Made by a program: the position numbers and the translations under genes. From Gammaproteobacteria bacterium (GTDB taxonomy: Bacteria > Pseudomonadota > Gammaproteobacteria > Arenicellales > JAJDZL01), in assembly GCA_022823625.1 (NCBI GenBank), contig JAJEHQ010000004.1, forward strand, positions 8,851 to 72,850: a DNA stretch of 64,000 bases. The letters run 5' to 3'. This document shows, piece by piece, positions 17,335-26,704 of the stretch; position 1 is the first letter of the stretch; each line of letters begins with the position of its first letter. The notes beneath the pieces were generated by a model. That model was given only the letters and a program-made list of their open reading frames with translations. It was not told where the DNA came from and made no database searches.

Positions 17335-17644
17335 GACAAATAGCGGGAGCGCTACTGCCTCAACTTTGTCATCAACAAGCTTTCTAATATATTGTTATTA
17401 CGAAAATAATTGCAATATTTTGGTGTCACAGGCTTGACAGCACCCAGCAAATTTCATCGAAACCCCTGGCATCTGTATGGAGTTCTGATGTGAAGGATAA
17501 CACGACACATATGCTGGCAAACTGGCTTTCACTCAAATAATGGATTTTATCCTATGGCACACTTTGCAATACTACGTTCGCCGCTGCGATGGCGGCCACA
17601 AGTTGAATTGTCGTGACAAAGTCAGAAAATTCCTCCTATAGAAT

Positions 17645-17839
17645 CTACAAGTATTCGTATTCCGTCCGACGACTGGATTCGATTTCTTTAAATCGTTCGT
17701 ACGCGAATTGGTTCACTGAAACAAACACTGTTCGTGATGTCAATTCTCCCCTGTAATACTCAGCGTGGGGGTTGTAGGTCCTGTGTGATTCGTCAGTTTG
17801 GTCAAAGTAAAATGCTTTACCAGAGACGGCATGAGTCAT
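17645..17839 (-). CDS. Hypothetical small protein
   Basis: 64-aa ORF with no recognisable motif, divergent from 17870-18226. Confidence 0.2.
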   Translation of the reverse strand: MTHAVSGKAFYFDQTDESHRTYNPHAEYYRGELTSRTVFVSVNQFAYERFKEIESSRRTEYEYL

Positions 17840-17869
17840 TTCGAAGCAACATAAATTCGTGGGAATTCT

Positions 17870-18226
17870 ATGAGAATTGAGGACATTTCACAAATTGCAC
17901 TTTATACATTTGTGGTGTTGATTTTTTATGTTCCAATCTTTATTGCGCTAATGAAAAAACACTCTCATAGAATTGCAATTCTTTCAATTAACTTCGTCGG
18001 TGGGATCGCACTTTGGCATACCATTGCCGGTTGGATGGCTCTGAAAAAATCAAATACTCTCGTTGAAATTAACATCCGAATGTTCCTGTTAGTCGCGGCC
18101 GGTGCAGCAATCTGCTGGCTAGTTTCACTAATTTGGTGTTTCGTCGACCCAAAGAAGTCTAAGACTATTTCGGCAGTTTCTGATAGCGGTGAAACTGATG
18201 ACGAAAAGAATGCAGGGAGCAAATGA
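17870..18226 (+). CDS. Small membrane protein, possibly superinfection-immunity (Imm)-like
   Basis: 118 aa with three hydrophobic helices. The stretch IALMKKHSHRIAILSINFVGG resembles the Imm-family N-terminus. The match is weak. Confidence 0.35.
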   Translation: MRIEDISQIALYTFVVLIFYVPIFIALMKKHSHRIAILSINFVGGIALWHTIAGWMALKKSNTLVEINIRMFLLVAAGAAICWLVSLIWCFVDPKKSKTISAVSDSGETDDEKNAGSK

Positions 18227-18614
18227 TGATGTCCATGTTTGGAATAGTCGTTGAGGGGGAGTAGGCATATTATCGAATGTGAAAAGACCGACCAAACCCG
18301 TCGGGTTGCTGGTGGTAACGGGTGTGAGTTGGAGAAAGCTGGATAACCACAGTTAGGGACCAGTGCCGGTCGTCAACACGTGGGCCGCGGATCTAATTTG
18401 CTAAAATTGCAGACAGGTTAGCAAAAAAAGTTGTCCCAACTCCACCATTGGTGGCGCAGCTAGCGATAAATTTCGCCATACCAATATGTCAGTTGCTCTG
18501 CCAAGACGCTTTTCATTGGAACGTTGCAGATCAAACACCTTTCTTTGTAATTGACAGGTTCGGATAAAAATTTTCGTTCTCTCTCTTTAACCTGCATTGA
18601 TTGATTGTTGGTGG

Positions 18615-18690
18615 GGGCCGTTAGCTCAGTTGGCAGAGCAGTTGACTCTTAATCAATTGGTCCGGGGTTCGAATCCCTGACGGCCCACCA
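18615..18690 (+). tRNA. tRNA-Lys (anticodon CUU)
   Basis: 76 nt folding by hand into a cloverleaf: acceptor GGGCCGT/ACGGCCC, anticodon loop CTCTTAA, T-loop TTCGAAT, encoded CCA. It is near-identical in layout to E. coli tRNA-Lys. Confidence 0.9.
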
Positions 18691-18876
18691 GTTTCTTTTT
18701 ATTGACAAATTTGGGCATCTGGCAATTCTCTTTGGTGCGAATTGATCAGTACAATGTTTCTGATGCTTATGATTTCGTCGGATATTACCTGCAACCTACA
18801 GTTAGAATATTCTTCCCAATAGGTTATCCACGCAACCAAGTGTAGGTGTCAATCATTTATCGAGTGAATATTTGAA

Positions 18877-21207
18877 ATGAATGTTTATGAATTTTTCAAC
18901 TTGGTAGTCAGATACCGCTGGTTAACAATTTTTCTTTCGTTGCTGATTGTGGTGGTGTTCGCTGCGGGAGTTACGCGAATTGTTACTGTCGACGTAGATT
19001 TTCGAAATCACTTCAACAAAGATGATCCGCATTTGGTTAAGCTCGAAGAAATGGAGGATCTGTTCGCGCTTTCAGATAGCGCACTTGTAGTGATCGCACC
19101 CTCGACTGAAACCATTTTTACCCGTGAGGCACTTGCCGCAGTCGAACAGTTGACCGAACAGCTTTGGCTGACTCCGTATGTAGTTCGCGTCGATTCTTTA
19201 GCAAACTACTCACATAGCGAAGGACTCGAAGACGAACTAATCGTTGAACAGCTATTCGAAGATGCGATTTCGCTGAGTGACGAAGAGTTGGAGCGAATTC
19301 AGAGGATCGCACTCGATACGACGGATATCGCCGGTCGTTTTATTTCACGAGACGGTCGTCTCGGTGGATTTGTTATTAGTCTTGCACTTCCCGATAGTGA
19401 TCGAGAAGCAGCAAAAATTGAAGTTGTCGACTTTCTAAATGGCCTTGCTGTTGAAGCTCGCACCAGCAATCCGGAATTTGAATATCACCTCTATGGTGAT
19501 CTCTTTCTTAATCGCGCCGTCCGTGACGCGATCAATAACGATATAGCCGTTCTAGCACCAATTGCGTTTGGCACGATGCTGCTGGTCGCGTTAATAGTAC
19601 TTCGATCAATTTGGGGAATGATTGCGATCGTTGCCATGTTGATGACCGTGTTGCTTTCTGCGCTTGGGTTTACTGGTTGGACGGGTATGCCTTTGTTTGG
19701 AGAGAGTGGTGCAGCGTTGTTTGTATTAATGGCGATTGCCATCGCTCATTCGGTTCATGTAATTGAGGTAATGGCAGATGGTATGCGCTCAGGGATGTCA
19801 CGCAGGTCTGCCGCGATTCATTCCTTGCAACTCAACGCGTGGCCTGTATTTCTGACTTCACTAACCACCGCTATCGGTTTTCTCAGCTTGAATTTCTCGG
19901 AAATGCCCCCGTTTCGAGTCATGGGCAACATCGTCGCATTCGGAGCGATGTGCGCATTCGTATTTTCGGTCACACTTTTGCCTGCATTGTTGTCGATTAT
20001 GCCCATGAGAACTCGGGTTGCACCAGCAGGAAAACTATACTTTTTTGATCATCTGGCAAAATTTGTTGTTTCCAATAGTACCCGATTGTTGTGGACTTTT
20101 GTCATCTTAACAGCCGTACTCGTTGTCGGAATTACGCGCATCGAGCTCAACGAAAATCATTTGGAAATTCTAGATGAAAGTTACGAGTTTCGACGGTCCA
20201 CCGATTTCATAGTGGAAAATTTCTCAGCATTGGAGCCATTCGAGTACTCGCTTAATTCAGGTCGCGATAGCGGTGTTACTGATGTTGAGTTTCTGCGTAA
20301 TGTCGACGCTTTCGCACAGTGGCTTCGAATGCAGCCGGAAGTTTCTTACGTTGTGTCATTTACTGACGTTCTTAAGCGGCTGAATGAAAACCTGCATGGT
20401 GACGACCCCAATTTTTATAAGCTGCCGGAGGATTCTGAACTTGCCGCGCAATACTTGCTGCTTTACGAATTCTCTTTGCCAGTTGGACGCGATCTAAACA
20501 ATGTCATTGATGTCGAACGTTCCAAAACTCGCTTAACAGCTGTTATTAAAGGTTTGTCGATTGGTGAGAAGATTGAACTCGACGAACGTGCGAAATCCTG
20601 GCTGCATCAAAATGCTCCAGGTATGGCAACCGGAGCAACCGGAGTTACGATAGTCGGTGCATATTCGATTATGCGAAACATAGAAAGAATGCTGATCGGA
20701 ACTATCATTGCGATGTCCATAGTTTCGTTGCTACTGATATTTGTCTTTAGAAGTTTCCGGTTTGGTCTGATTAGCCTGATACCCAATTTCGTTCCAGCCA
20801 TCATGGCTATGGGTGTATGGGGATACGTCGTCGGACAGGTTGATATATCGGCTTCGGTTGTTACAGCAATTGCTTTTGGTATCATCGTGGACGATACGAT
20901 ACATCTTATGACAAAATACCTGAGAGAGCGGGCTAGCGGGAAGTCGCCTGAGGATGCTATCCGGCCGGTATTTCGAATAGTGGGCCGTCCGCTATTGACA
21001 ACAACAGCAATTTTTGCCTTGGGATTCATGGTGTTTGGAACGTCAGCACTGTCTGCCAATCAGACACTCGGTGTGTTGGTGGGACTAACTGTTGTAATTG
21101 CGCTGGTGGCGGATTTATTGCTGTTTCCGCCGTTGCTAATGACCTTGGACAAAACCAGGGGTAAACTGAGTGATTTTAAGAAAGGATCTTCTCATCACGC
21201 ACGCTAG
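18877..21207 (+). CDS. RND-superfamily MMPL/HpnN-type permease (candidate sterol exporter)
   Basis: 776 aa with the 1+5 / 1+5 TM pattern and two large soluble loops typical of RND permeases. The sterol role is inferred from context only. Confidence 0.7.
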   Translation: MNVYEFFNLVVRYRWLTIFLSLLIVVVFAAGVTRIVTVDVDFRNHFNKDDPHLVKLEEMEDLFALSDSALVVIAPSTETIFTREALAAVEQLTEQLWLTPYVVRVDSLANYSHSEGLEDELIVEQLFEDAISLSDEELERIQRIALDTTDIAGRFISRDGRLGGFVISLALPDSDREAAKIEVVDFLNGLAVEARTSNPEFEYHLYGDLFLNRAVRDAINNDIAVLAPIAFGTMLLVALIVLRSIWGMIAIVAMLMTVLLSALGFTGWTGMPLFGESGAALFVLMAIAIAHSVHVIEVMADGMRSGMSRRSAAIHSLQLNAWPVFLTSLTTAIGFLSLNFSEMPPFRVMGNIVAFGAMCAFVFSVTLLPALLSIMPMRTRVAPAGKLYFFDHLAKFVVSNSTRLLWTFVILTAVLVVGITRIELNENHLEILDESYEFRRSTDFIVENFSALEPFEYSLNSGRDSGVTDVEFLRNVDAFAQWLRMQPEVSYVVSFTDVLKRLNENLHGDDPNFYKLPEDSELAAQYLLLYEFSLPVGRDLNNVIDVERSKTRLTAVIKGLSIGEKIELDERAKSWLHQNAPGMATGATGVTIVGAYSIMRNIERMLIGTIIAMSIVSLLLIFVFRSFRFGLISLIPNFVPAIMAMGVWGYVVGQVDISASVVTAIAFGIIVDDTIHLMTKYLRERASGKSPEDAIRPVFRIVGRPLLTTTAIFALGFMVFGTSALSANQTLGVLVGLTVVIALVADLLLFPPLLMTLDKTRGKLSDFKKGSSHHAR

Positions 21208-21407
21208 CAAAGCTTAAGCGCAATTTGCAGAATCTCGCCGCGCTTACATCGAAATTACACATTCGATTTGGAGATGAGGTGCACACTTTAAAAGTGCTGA
21301 TTACTACACCCTGATTCATTTCAAGAGCAACTGTGAGGTTTCGAGAGTCAAAGCTCTCTTTATTGTCAAATTGAGACTTGGCCTCGACCGAATGACAACC
21401 TCTTCAC

Positions 21408-23417
21408 TCAGGCAGGAAAATCCTTCCATCGTTCTGCAATATGAATTTTCAGTTTTTTACTGACTGACAGGGAGGAATAGGCGTTGAATTTAAACTTGAA
21501 ATTCGGATCTGACAATTCGAGCCTGAAGTGATGTGCGATCATCAACAGATTGACAGCCATATGCTTCACCACCCAGCGTACCCCGAGGCACATATGGGTG
21601 CCCAGTCCAACTGGAGCAAATGAAGTACTGCGATGCGCGTTGGTGGGCGGAAGATAACGGTCAATGTCAAATTTGAATGGTTCTGGGAACGCCTCTTCCA
21701 TAAAATGTGCGGCCCCCATTACAATGAAAACATGTTCTCCAACGGGTAACTCGATGTCATCGACCAACCACGAATTTGACACGTTTCGAGGAATTAAATA
21801 GACGACAGGGTAAATTCGCTGACACTCAAGCACAAAGCGGTGAGTAACGTCGAAATCCGATAAATCTAAGGTCTCTGGGTCTGGATCGCCATTGGAAAAA
21901 ATGGCATCGGCTTCGCTGCGAATTTTTGCATACAAGTCGGGTTGTGTTACCATGGCGTAGATGGCGCAACCCATGAGATCGGAAAAGTACTGGCTTGCAA
22001 GCATCGGCGACGAGAGCATGAACCTCAAATTCGCCTCGGGGAAGAATTGCGGATCGCTGGCATACAAAGAAAGTGTTTCATCAGCAAGTTCCCAAGGTTG
22101 ACCAACCCGTTGTTCAGGCGTATGGTTCTGCTGAACTCTTTTGACAGCATCATCAACAGCTTTGCGACCGCGTTTCATTCGCGAAGTATTGAACAACAAT
22201 CTTGTCACAAACTTGGGTGGATTGAAAACGATGTGGATCATTTGAACCGCGTTCTTCCACTTCATTACATCCTCAAAAATATCGTTCGTTTCCGTACTCG
22301 TAAGAAGTGGCATGATTTGAGCATTAGATAATTTCCGTGAAGTTTCATACACTTGCACATGTGAACCCACTTTCCAATGACTCTTCATGTGGTTACGAAT
22401 CATATCGAAAACAGAATTCATCTCACTCTCAAGTTTCCTGACCGAATAGGCTCGCTGCAAAGCTCTACGCAAAGTGAAGTGATCGGATCCGTCTAGACTG
22501 ACTAGCACCCCGATACCGCCGTATTCATTTTCCACACCTTGATAAAACTTCTTCGATGTCAGGTACTGGCGCCCATTACGATGAACCCAGCGGTTGATAT
22601 CGATACCGGCAAGGAAAGTCATTGGCTGAGTTAAAGGTATGTTAATCCGAAAAACCGAACCATACTCTTTGGCGAAATCTGCAAGCATCGCAGGTATATT
22701 ACCGTTCCAAACGTGTCGATTCGATAGAATCTTAAGCAGTGGAACGGATGGTATTTTTTTCTTGAAACTGGGACGCTGCAGTAACGGAACAGCAATAGAA
22801 TCTTTAACAGCAGCAGCAATTGAGCGACCGATCAGTTCCATCTGACAGATTTGCTCAATTCGTTTTTCTGCTTTTTCATCAATTTCAAAGATGAAGTGAA
22901 ACAAACCACACGAATTAACAAGGCCGACAATGATGATGTCTCTCGGGAGGGGAATTGTGTTAGAAAAAATAGCATCGCTAATTCGCGACTTGATTAACTG
23001 ACTAGCTGTATGTTCTTGAGAGTATCCATGCCACGTCGCGGGAGCCAGCGTCCAGAACTCGCCTTCATGATGCTTCAGAATTTCCAATTTAACCAGACGG
23101 TCAAGCGTGGAATCAATTATGTCCTCCGCGTGGACAGCGAGTCGTTCGATCCAGTAGCGGGCATTGTGAGGAGTCTTGTCCTTCGAGATTGCCTTCAGAC
23201 AAAGATCTAAAACTGGATCACCAGTTTCTGTCGGGTCCAATACAAAAAGTGATTCAATGTCTGTATCAATTCGCGACTGTAGGGAAAGGTCTGCGAGTGC
23301 GGCTCCAATGACAGCGCAATTTAGGGACCAGCCGGGTACTTGATAAAAATAACCGGTCTGCTCGTTTAAAAGCATTAAAACCAGCTCTTCAGGCAAATTC
23401 AAACGTCGGGTCGCCAT
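21408..23417 (-). CDS. GPP34/GOLPH3-like domain - cytochrome P450 fusion
   Basis: Residues 1-~200 show the GPP34 pattern (LPEELVLMLLNEQTG, IGAALADLSLQSRIDTD, VLDPTETGDPVLD, PRDIIIVGLVNSCGLF). Residues ~215-669 are a full P450, with ExxR at ECQR and Cys loop FAPVGLGTHMCLG. Confidence 0.75.
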   Translation of the reverse strand: MATRRLNLPEELVLMLLNEQTGYFYQVPGWSLNCAVIGAALADLSLQSRIDTDIESLFVLDPTETGDPVLDLCLKAISKDKTPHNARYWIERLAVHAEDIIDSTLDRLVKLEILKHHEGEFWTLAPATWHGYSQEHTASQLIKSRISDAIFSNTIPLPRDIIIVGLVNSCGLFHFIFEIDEKAEKRIEQICQMELIGRSIAAAVKDSIAVPLLQRPSFKKKIPSVPLLKILSNRHVWNGNIPAMLADFAKEYGSVFRINIPLTQPMTFLAGIDINRWVHRNGRQYLTSKKFYQGVENEYGGIGVLVSLDGSDHFTLRRALQRAYSVRKLESEMNSVFDMIRNHMKSHWKVGSHVQVYETSRKLSNAQIMPLLTSTETNDIFEDVMKWKNAVQMIHIVFNPPKFVTRLLFNTSRMKRGRKAVDDAVKRVQQNHTPEQRVGQPWELADETLSLYASDPQFFPEANLRFMLSSPMLASQYFSDLMGCAIYAMVTQPDLYAKIRSEADAIFSNGDPDPETLDLSDFDVTHRFVLECQRIYPVVYLIPRNVSNSWLVDDIELPVGEHVFIVMGAAHFMEEAFPEPFKFDIDRYLPPTNAHRSTSFAPVGLGTHMCLGVRWVVKHMAVNLLMIAHHFRLELSDPNFKFKFNAYSSLSVSKKLKIHIAERWKDFPA

Positions 23418-23711
23418 AGTGTTACAATTGGTCCATGATCAATTTGTAGGTGGTTGATTTCACTCTGAAAAGTAACTATGTAGAGTAATTCAAATTATAC
23501 TCCTATTGGATTACTCGTAACTTATTCAAATTCAAAGCATTACCATAATTTCAATCTTTGAGTTCCTACTAGATTTGATACTTGCAGGGTATCGAGAACC
23601 AAAATTTACTGATCGTTTCATTGATCGATATAGTTTGCTTCATTTATTCTAAAGTGACGGCGTAAAAGCACTTGTATTTTGTTTGCAATCCAAAAAAAGC
23701 AGCGCGGTCAA

Positions 23712-24581
23712 CTATAATTCAATAATCATTGAAACCGGTTTGTGATCGGACCCCACTTCTTTCGAATGAATTTTTACGGACTTGATTCGATCGCTCAGCG
23801 AGTAGCGAACAAAACAATAGTCCATCCGCACATCTTTCCCTCGTCGCTCCGCTGTCGTTCCAGACATTTCGGAATTACCCGCCACCTTCCAGGCATCGAC
23901 AAAGCCCTCCGGATTAATCACGCGTCCACCATAATCAGATTTGATTCCGACAACTCGGGCGTACTCTTCGGAATCTGGTGTAAAGTTAAAGTCGCCCATC
24001 AAAATTGATTCGCGAGGCAGCGTAGATACATCAGCCTGCCCGGCAAAGTCGGTATTTGCAGATTTACCGGCAATGGGTCCACCCTCTCTCACCGCACGTT
24101 GATCAACATCAAGCAGTCTCTCAATCTGTTGCAATCTCACTTCGGTACTAATGTGAGTAAGGTGAACCGAATAAACTCTGATCCGATGACCGTTGCATTC
24201 GATAACCCCCTCCAGTGCACTTCTCTGGATACTGAGTGGACCAACTGAGGCGAATTTGGGTAGTAGATGATTTCTGGAGGTGATGATTGGACTTCGCGCA
24301 AGCAGCATGTTGCCAAACTGCTGACGCCGATTGATCACTTCTCCATCGGGAAGTATATCGTCCGCAGAAATATCAACACCAGCACCATAGACCCAGTGGT
24401 GATATTTGAGCCGCTTGGTAAGTTCCCTGACCTGATCAACATTGCCTGATCGAGGAAAAAATCGCTCCACCTCCTGAAGGGCGATAACGTCAGCGCTTTC
24501 CACAGCATGCGCAATGCGATCCAGGTCGTAAACTCCATCCAACCCGCGTCCGAACTGAATGTTGTACGTCATAAACTTCAT
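23712..24581 (-). CDS. Endonuclease/exonuclease/phosphatase (EEP) family protein
   Basis: MKFMTYNIQFG...VIALQEV...GSDHKPV are the hallmark EEP motifs. Confidence 0.75.
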   Translation of the reverse strand: MKFMTYNIQFGRGLDGVYDLDRIAHAVESADVIALQEVERFFPRSGNVDQVRELTKRLKYHHWVYGAGVDISADDILPDGEVINRRQQFGNMLLARSPIITSRNHLLPKFASVGPLSIQRSALEGVIECNGHRIRVYSVHLTHISTEVRLQQIERLLDVDQRAVREGGPIAGKSANTDFAGQADVSTLPRESILMGDFNFTPDSEEYARVVGIKSDYGGRVINPEGFVDAWKVAGNSEMSGTTAERRGKDVRMDYCFVRYSLSDRIKSVKIHSKEVGSDHKPVSMIIEL

Positions 24582-24655
24582 GCTGATTGTCCTGGATGTC
24601 CTGGAAGTGAACCAGTTGCGATTCGCTGATCAATGAACATAGCAAAGATTCAGAT

Positions 24656-25429
24656 TTACTCGAAAGAGGCTACACCGAACAAGTTAGCTTCCAAATCTGA
24701 CAAAATGGCAAAGGTACCAATACCTGGTTCCTGAATTGGACCATGTACGACTCCGCCGCCCAACCGTTTACATGTATCCAACTTTTTGTCTAGCTGTTCG
24801 ACATGAAAATAAGGCACCCAGACTTGCTGACCGCCTGTCTGTTCGACTCGATCGTGCAAACCGCCCACCAAGCATTCGCCATCCTTGAAATGCCAATACG
24901 GCTTTTTTTGCTTGGAGTCCTCTGCTTCCCATCCGAACGCATTGCCATAAAAATCAATTGACTTTTTCACATCTGTGCTTGCCAATTCAACCCAGCAGAC
25001 CGCACCGGGAACGTCCCCAACCTCCGACCCGCCATGCTCCAGAGGCTGCCACAAATGAATCACTGCACCGTTTGAGTCCGTACAAACACCCATACGACCC
25101 GCAGTCATGACATCCATCGGCTCCCTGCAAATGCTTCCTCCGGCAGCGGTCACTTGATCAATCGCTTCTTCAACATTAGGTACTAGAATGTACACGCCCC
25201 AATTCCAGGGGACACCCTCAGGTTTTGGAAAATTACAGGGACCTACTCCTGCAACCGGCACCCAGTTCAATGCTTTGTCGGTTGTGTTCAGGCAGGCGAG
25301 TGAATATACCAATTGTCCATCATCGTGCTGATCGATGTATTGCCAATCGAAAATTTCAGAATAAAACCTGCGGCCAGATTCAAAATCGTTCAAGAACGTG
25401 TCTGTCCATTTGATGTGGTTGAATTTCAT
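24656..25429 (-). CDS. VOC/glyoxalase-family protein (two tandem modules)
   Basis: 257 aa with repeated glyoxalase-like modules (FYSEIFDW..., FYGNAFGWE...). Confidence 0.55.
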   Translation of the reverse strand: MKFNHIKWTDTFLNDFESGRRFYSEIFDWQYIDQHDDGQLVYSLACLNTTDKALNWVPVAGVGPCNFPKPEGVPWNWGVYILVPNVEEAIDQVTAAGGSICREPMDVMTAGRMGVCTDSNGAVIHLWQPLEHGGSEVGDVPGAVCWVELASTDVKKSIDFYGNAFGWEAEDSKQKKPYWHFKDGECLVGGLHDRVEQTGGQQVWVPYFHVEQLDKKLDTCKRLGGGVVHGPIQEPGIGTFAILSDLEANLFGVASFE

Positions 25430-25477
25430 GACTACCTCATCCGAAAGGTATTAAACAATTTAGTATTCCGTTGTTTA

Positions 25478-26680
25478 TTAGTCCGGTGCAACGACCTGCA
25501 CCCAGTGCTTTACAGGTATTTCTGACTGGGATTCCAAATGCATCAGGCAGCCAATATTGGCGGTTGCTATGCACTCTGGCTGGCCATCATTTAGCGCAGT
25601 GAGTTTGTTGTTCAACAGTTGTTGTGAGATTTCCTGCTGCATCAAAGAATAGACGCCAGCCGAACCGCAGCAAAGATGACTATTGGCAACGTGCGTTGTT
25701 TCCACCCCATGCTGATTCAGAATTTTTTCAACTGTATTGACATTTTTCTGTCCATGCTGCAGGGTGCAGGGAGACTGGAATGCGACTTTTCCAAACCGTT
25801 TCCTTTCGGAAGGTACAGCCGCTTCAACCGAAACCTCCGAAAGGTCTAAAGTCAACTCGGATACGCGCCTTGCCTTTTCAGCATACTCTGGATCGCGTTT
25901 CAGTAAATCACCGTAATCCTTGATCGTCACGCCACAACCACTCGCGGTTGAAACAATCGCTTCAGCGCCAGATTCAATTTGCGGCCACCAGGCATCAATA
26001 TTTTTTCTGGCATATCGCTCAAAAAACTCTCGATTCCCCAAATGGAGCCCCAAGGCACCGCAGCAGGCATCGTTCGTTCGAATGGCACTGATCGAGTTCG
26101 CATCCAGATAACGCGCTGCGGCTACGTTAATTTCCGGTTTGGTCACTCGCTGGACGCAGCCCTGGTGAATGATCATTCTGCGTGAGTGAGTTGTTGCAGG
26201 CCATCGTCCGACCGGCTCTTTAGAAGGAATTTTCGTTCTAAGGCTTGCCGGAAGTACGGGGCGGCTCAAGCACGCAAAAAACATCATCACCTTCATCAGA
26301 GTGACATTGGGTACTACCAGTTGAAGCATCGCTCGCATCATCCGGTCAACAAATTTACGATTGACCTCATGATCAACTAACTCGCGTCCGATATCCAACA
26401 GTTTCCCATACTCTACACCTGAGGGACAGGTTGTTTCACATGCCCGACAGGTCAGACAACGGTCCAGATGAAGTTGCGTTCGCTCAGTGGCCTGCTCTCC
26501 CTCCAGTACCTGCTTCATCAGATAAATTCGCCCGCGCGGGCTGTCAAGCTCATTGCCCAATAACAGATAAGTCGGACAGGTTGCTGTGCAGAATCCACAG
26601 TGCACGCATTTTCGAAGAATGGCTTCTGCTTCCTGCCCCTGTGGGGTATTTAAAATGGCGTCTGTCAAGTGCGTTTGCAT
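25478..26680 (-). CDS. glcF: Glycolate oxidase iron-sulfur subunit
   Basis: Two ferredoxin-type clusters (CVHCGFCTATCP and CLTCRACETTCP) plus CCG domains. It follows glcD and glcE. Confidence 0.85.
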   Translation of the reverse strand: MQTHLTDAILNTPQGQEAEAILRKCVHCGFCTATCPTYLLLGNELDSPRGRIYLMKQVLEGEQATERTQLHLDRCLTCRACETTCPSGVEYGKLLDIGRELVDHEVNRKFVDRMMRAMLQLVVPNVTLMKVMMFFACLSRPVLPASLRTKIPSKEPVGRWPATTHSRRMIIHQGCVQRVTKPEINVAAARYLDANSISAIRTNDACCGALGLHLGNREFFERYARKNIDAWWPQIESGAEAIVSTASGCGVTIKDYGDLLKRDPEYAEKARRVSELTLDLSEVSVEAAVPSERKRFGKVAFQSPCTLQHGQKNVNTVEKILNQHGVETTHVANSHLCCGSAGVYSLMQQEISQQLLNNKLTALNDGQPECIATANIGCLMHLESQSEIPVKHWVQVVAPD

Positions 26681-26704
26681 AGAATCAGTCGAAGGCGTCG
26701 GGTT

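Noticed and set aside
21343-21358. A GAGAG-TCAAAG-CTCTC hairpin followed by TTTATT after the RND gene.
   Set aside because: A 5-bp stem is too weak to call a terminator with any confidence.
23712-24581. The idea that the EEP-family gene is a phosphoinositide or sphingolipid phosphatase functionally tied to the neighbouring GPP34 domain.
   Set aside because: EEP is a very broad family (nucleases, phosphatases), and adjacency alone does not justify the link. It is kept as a plain family call.
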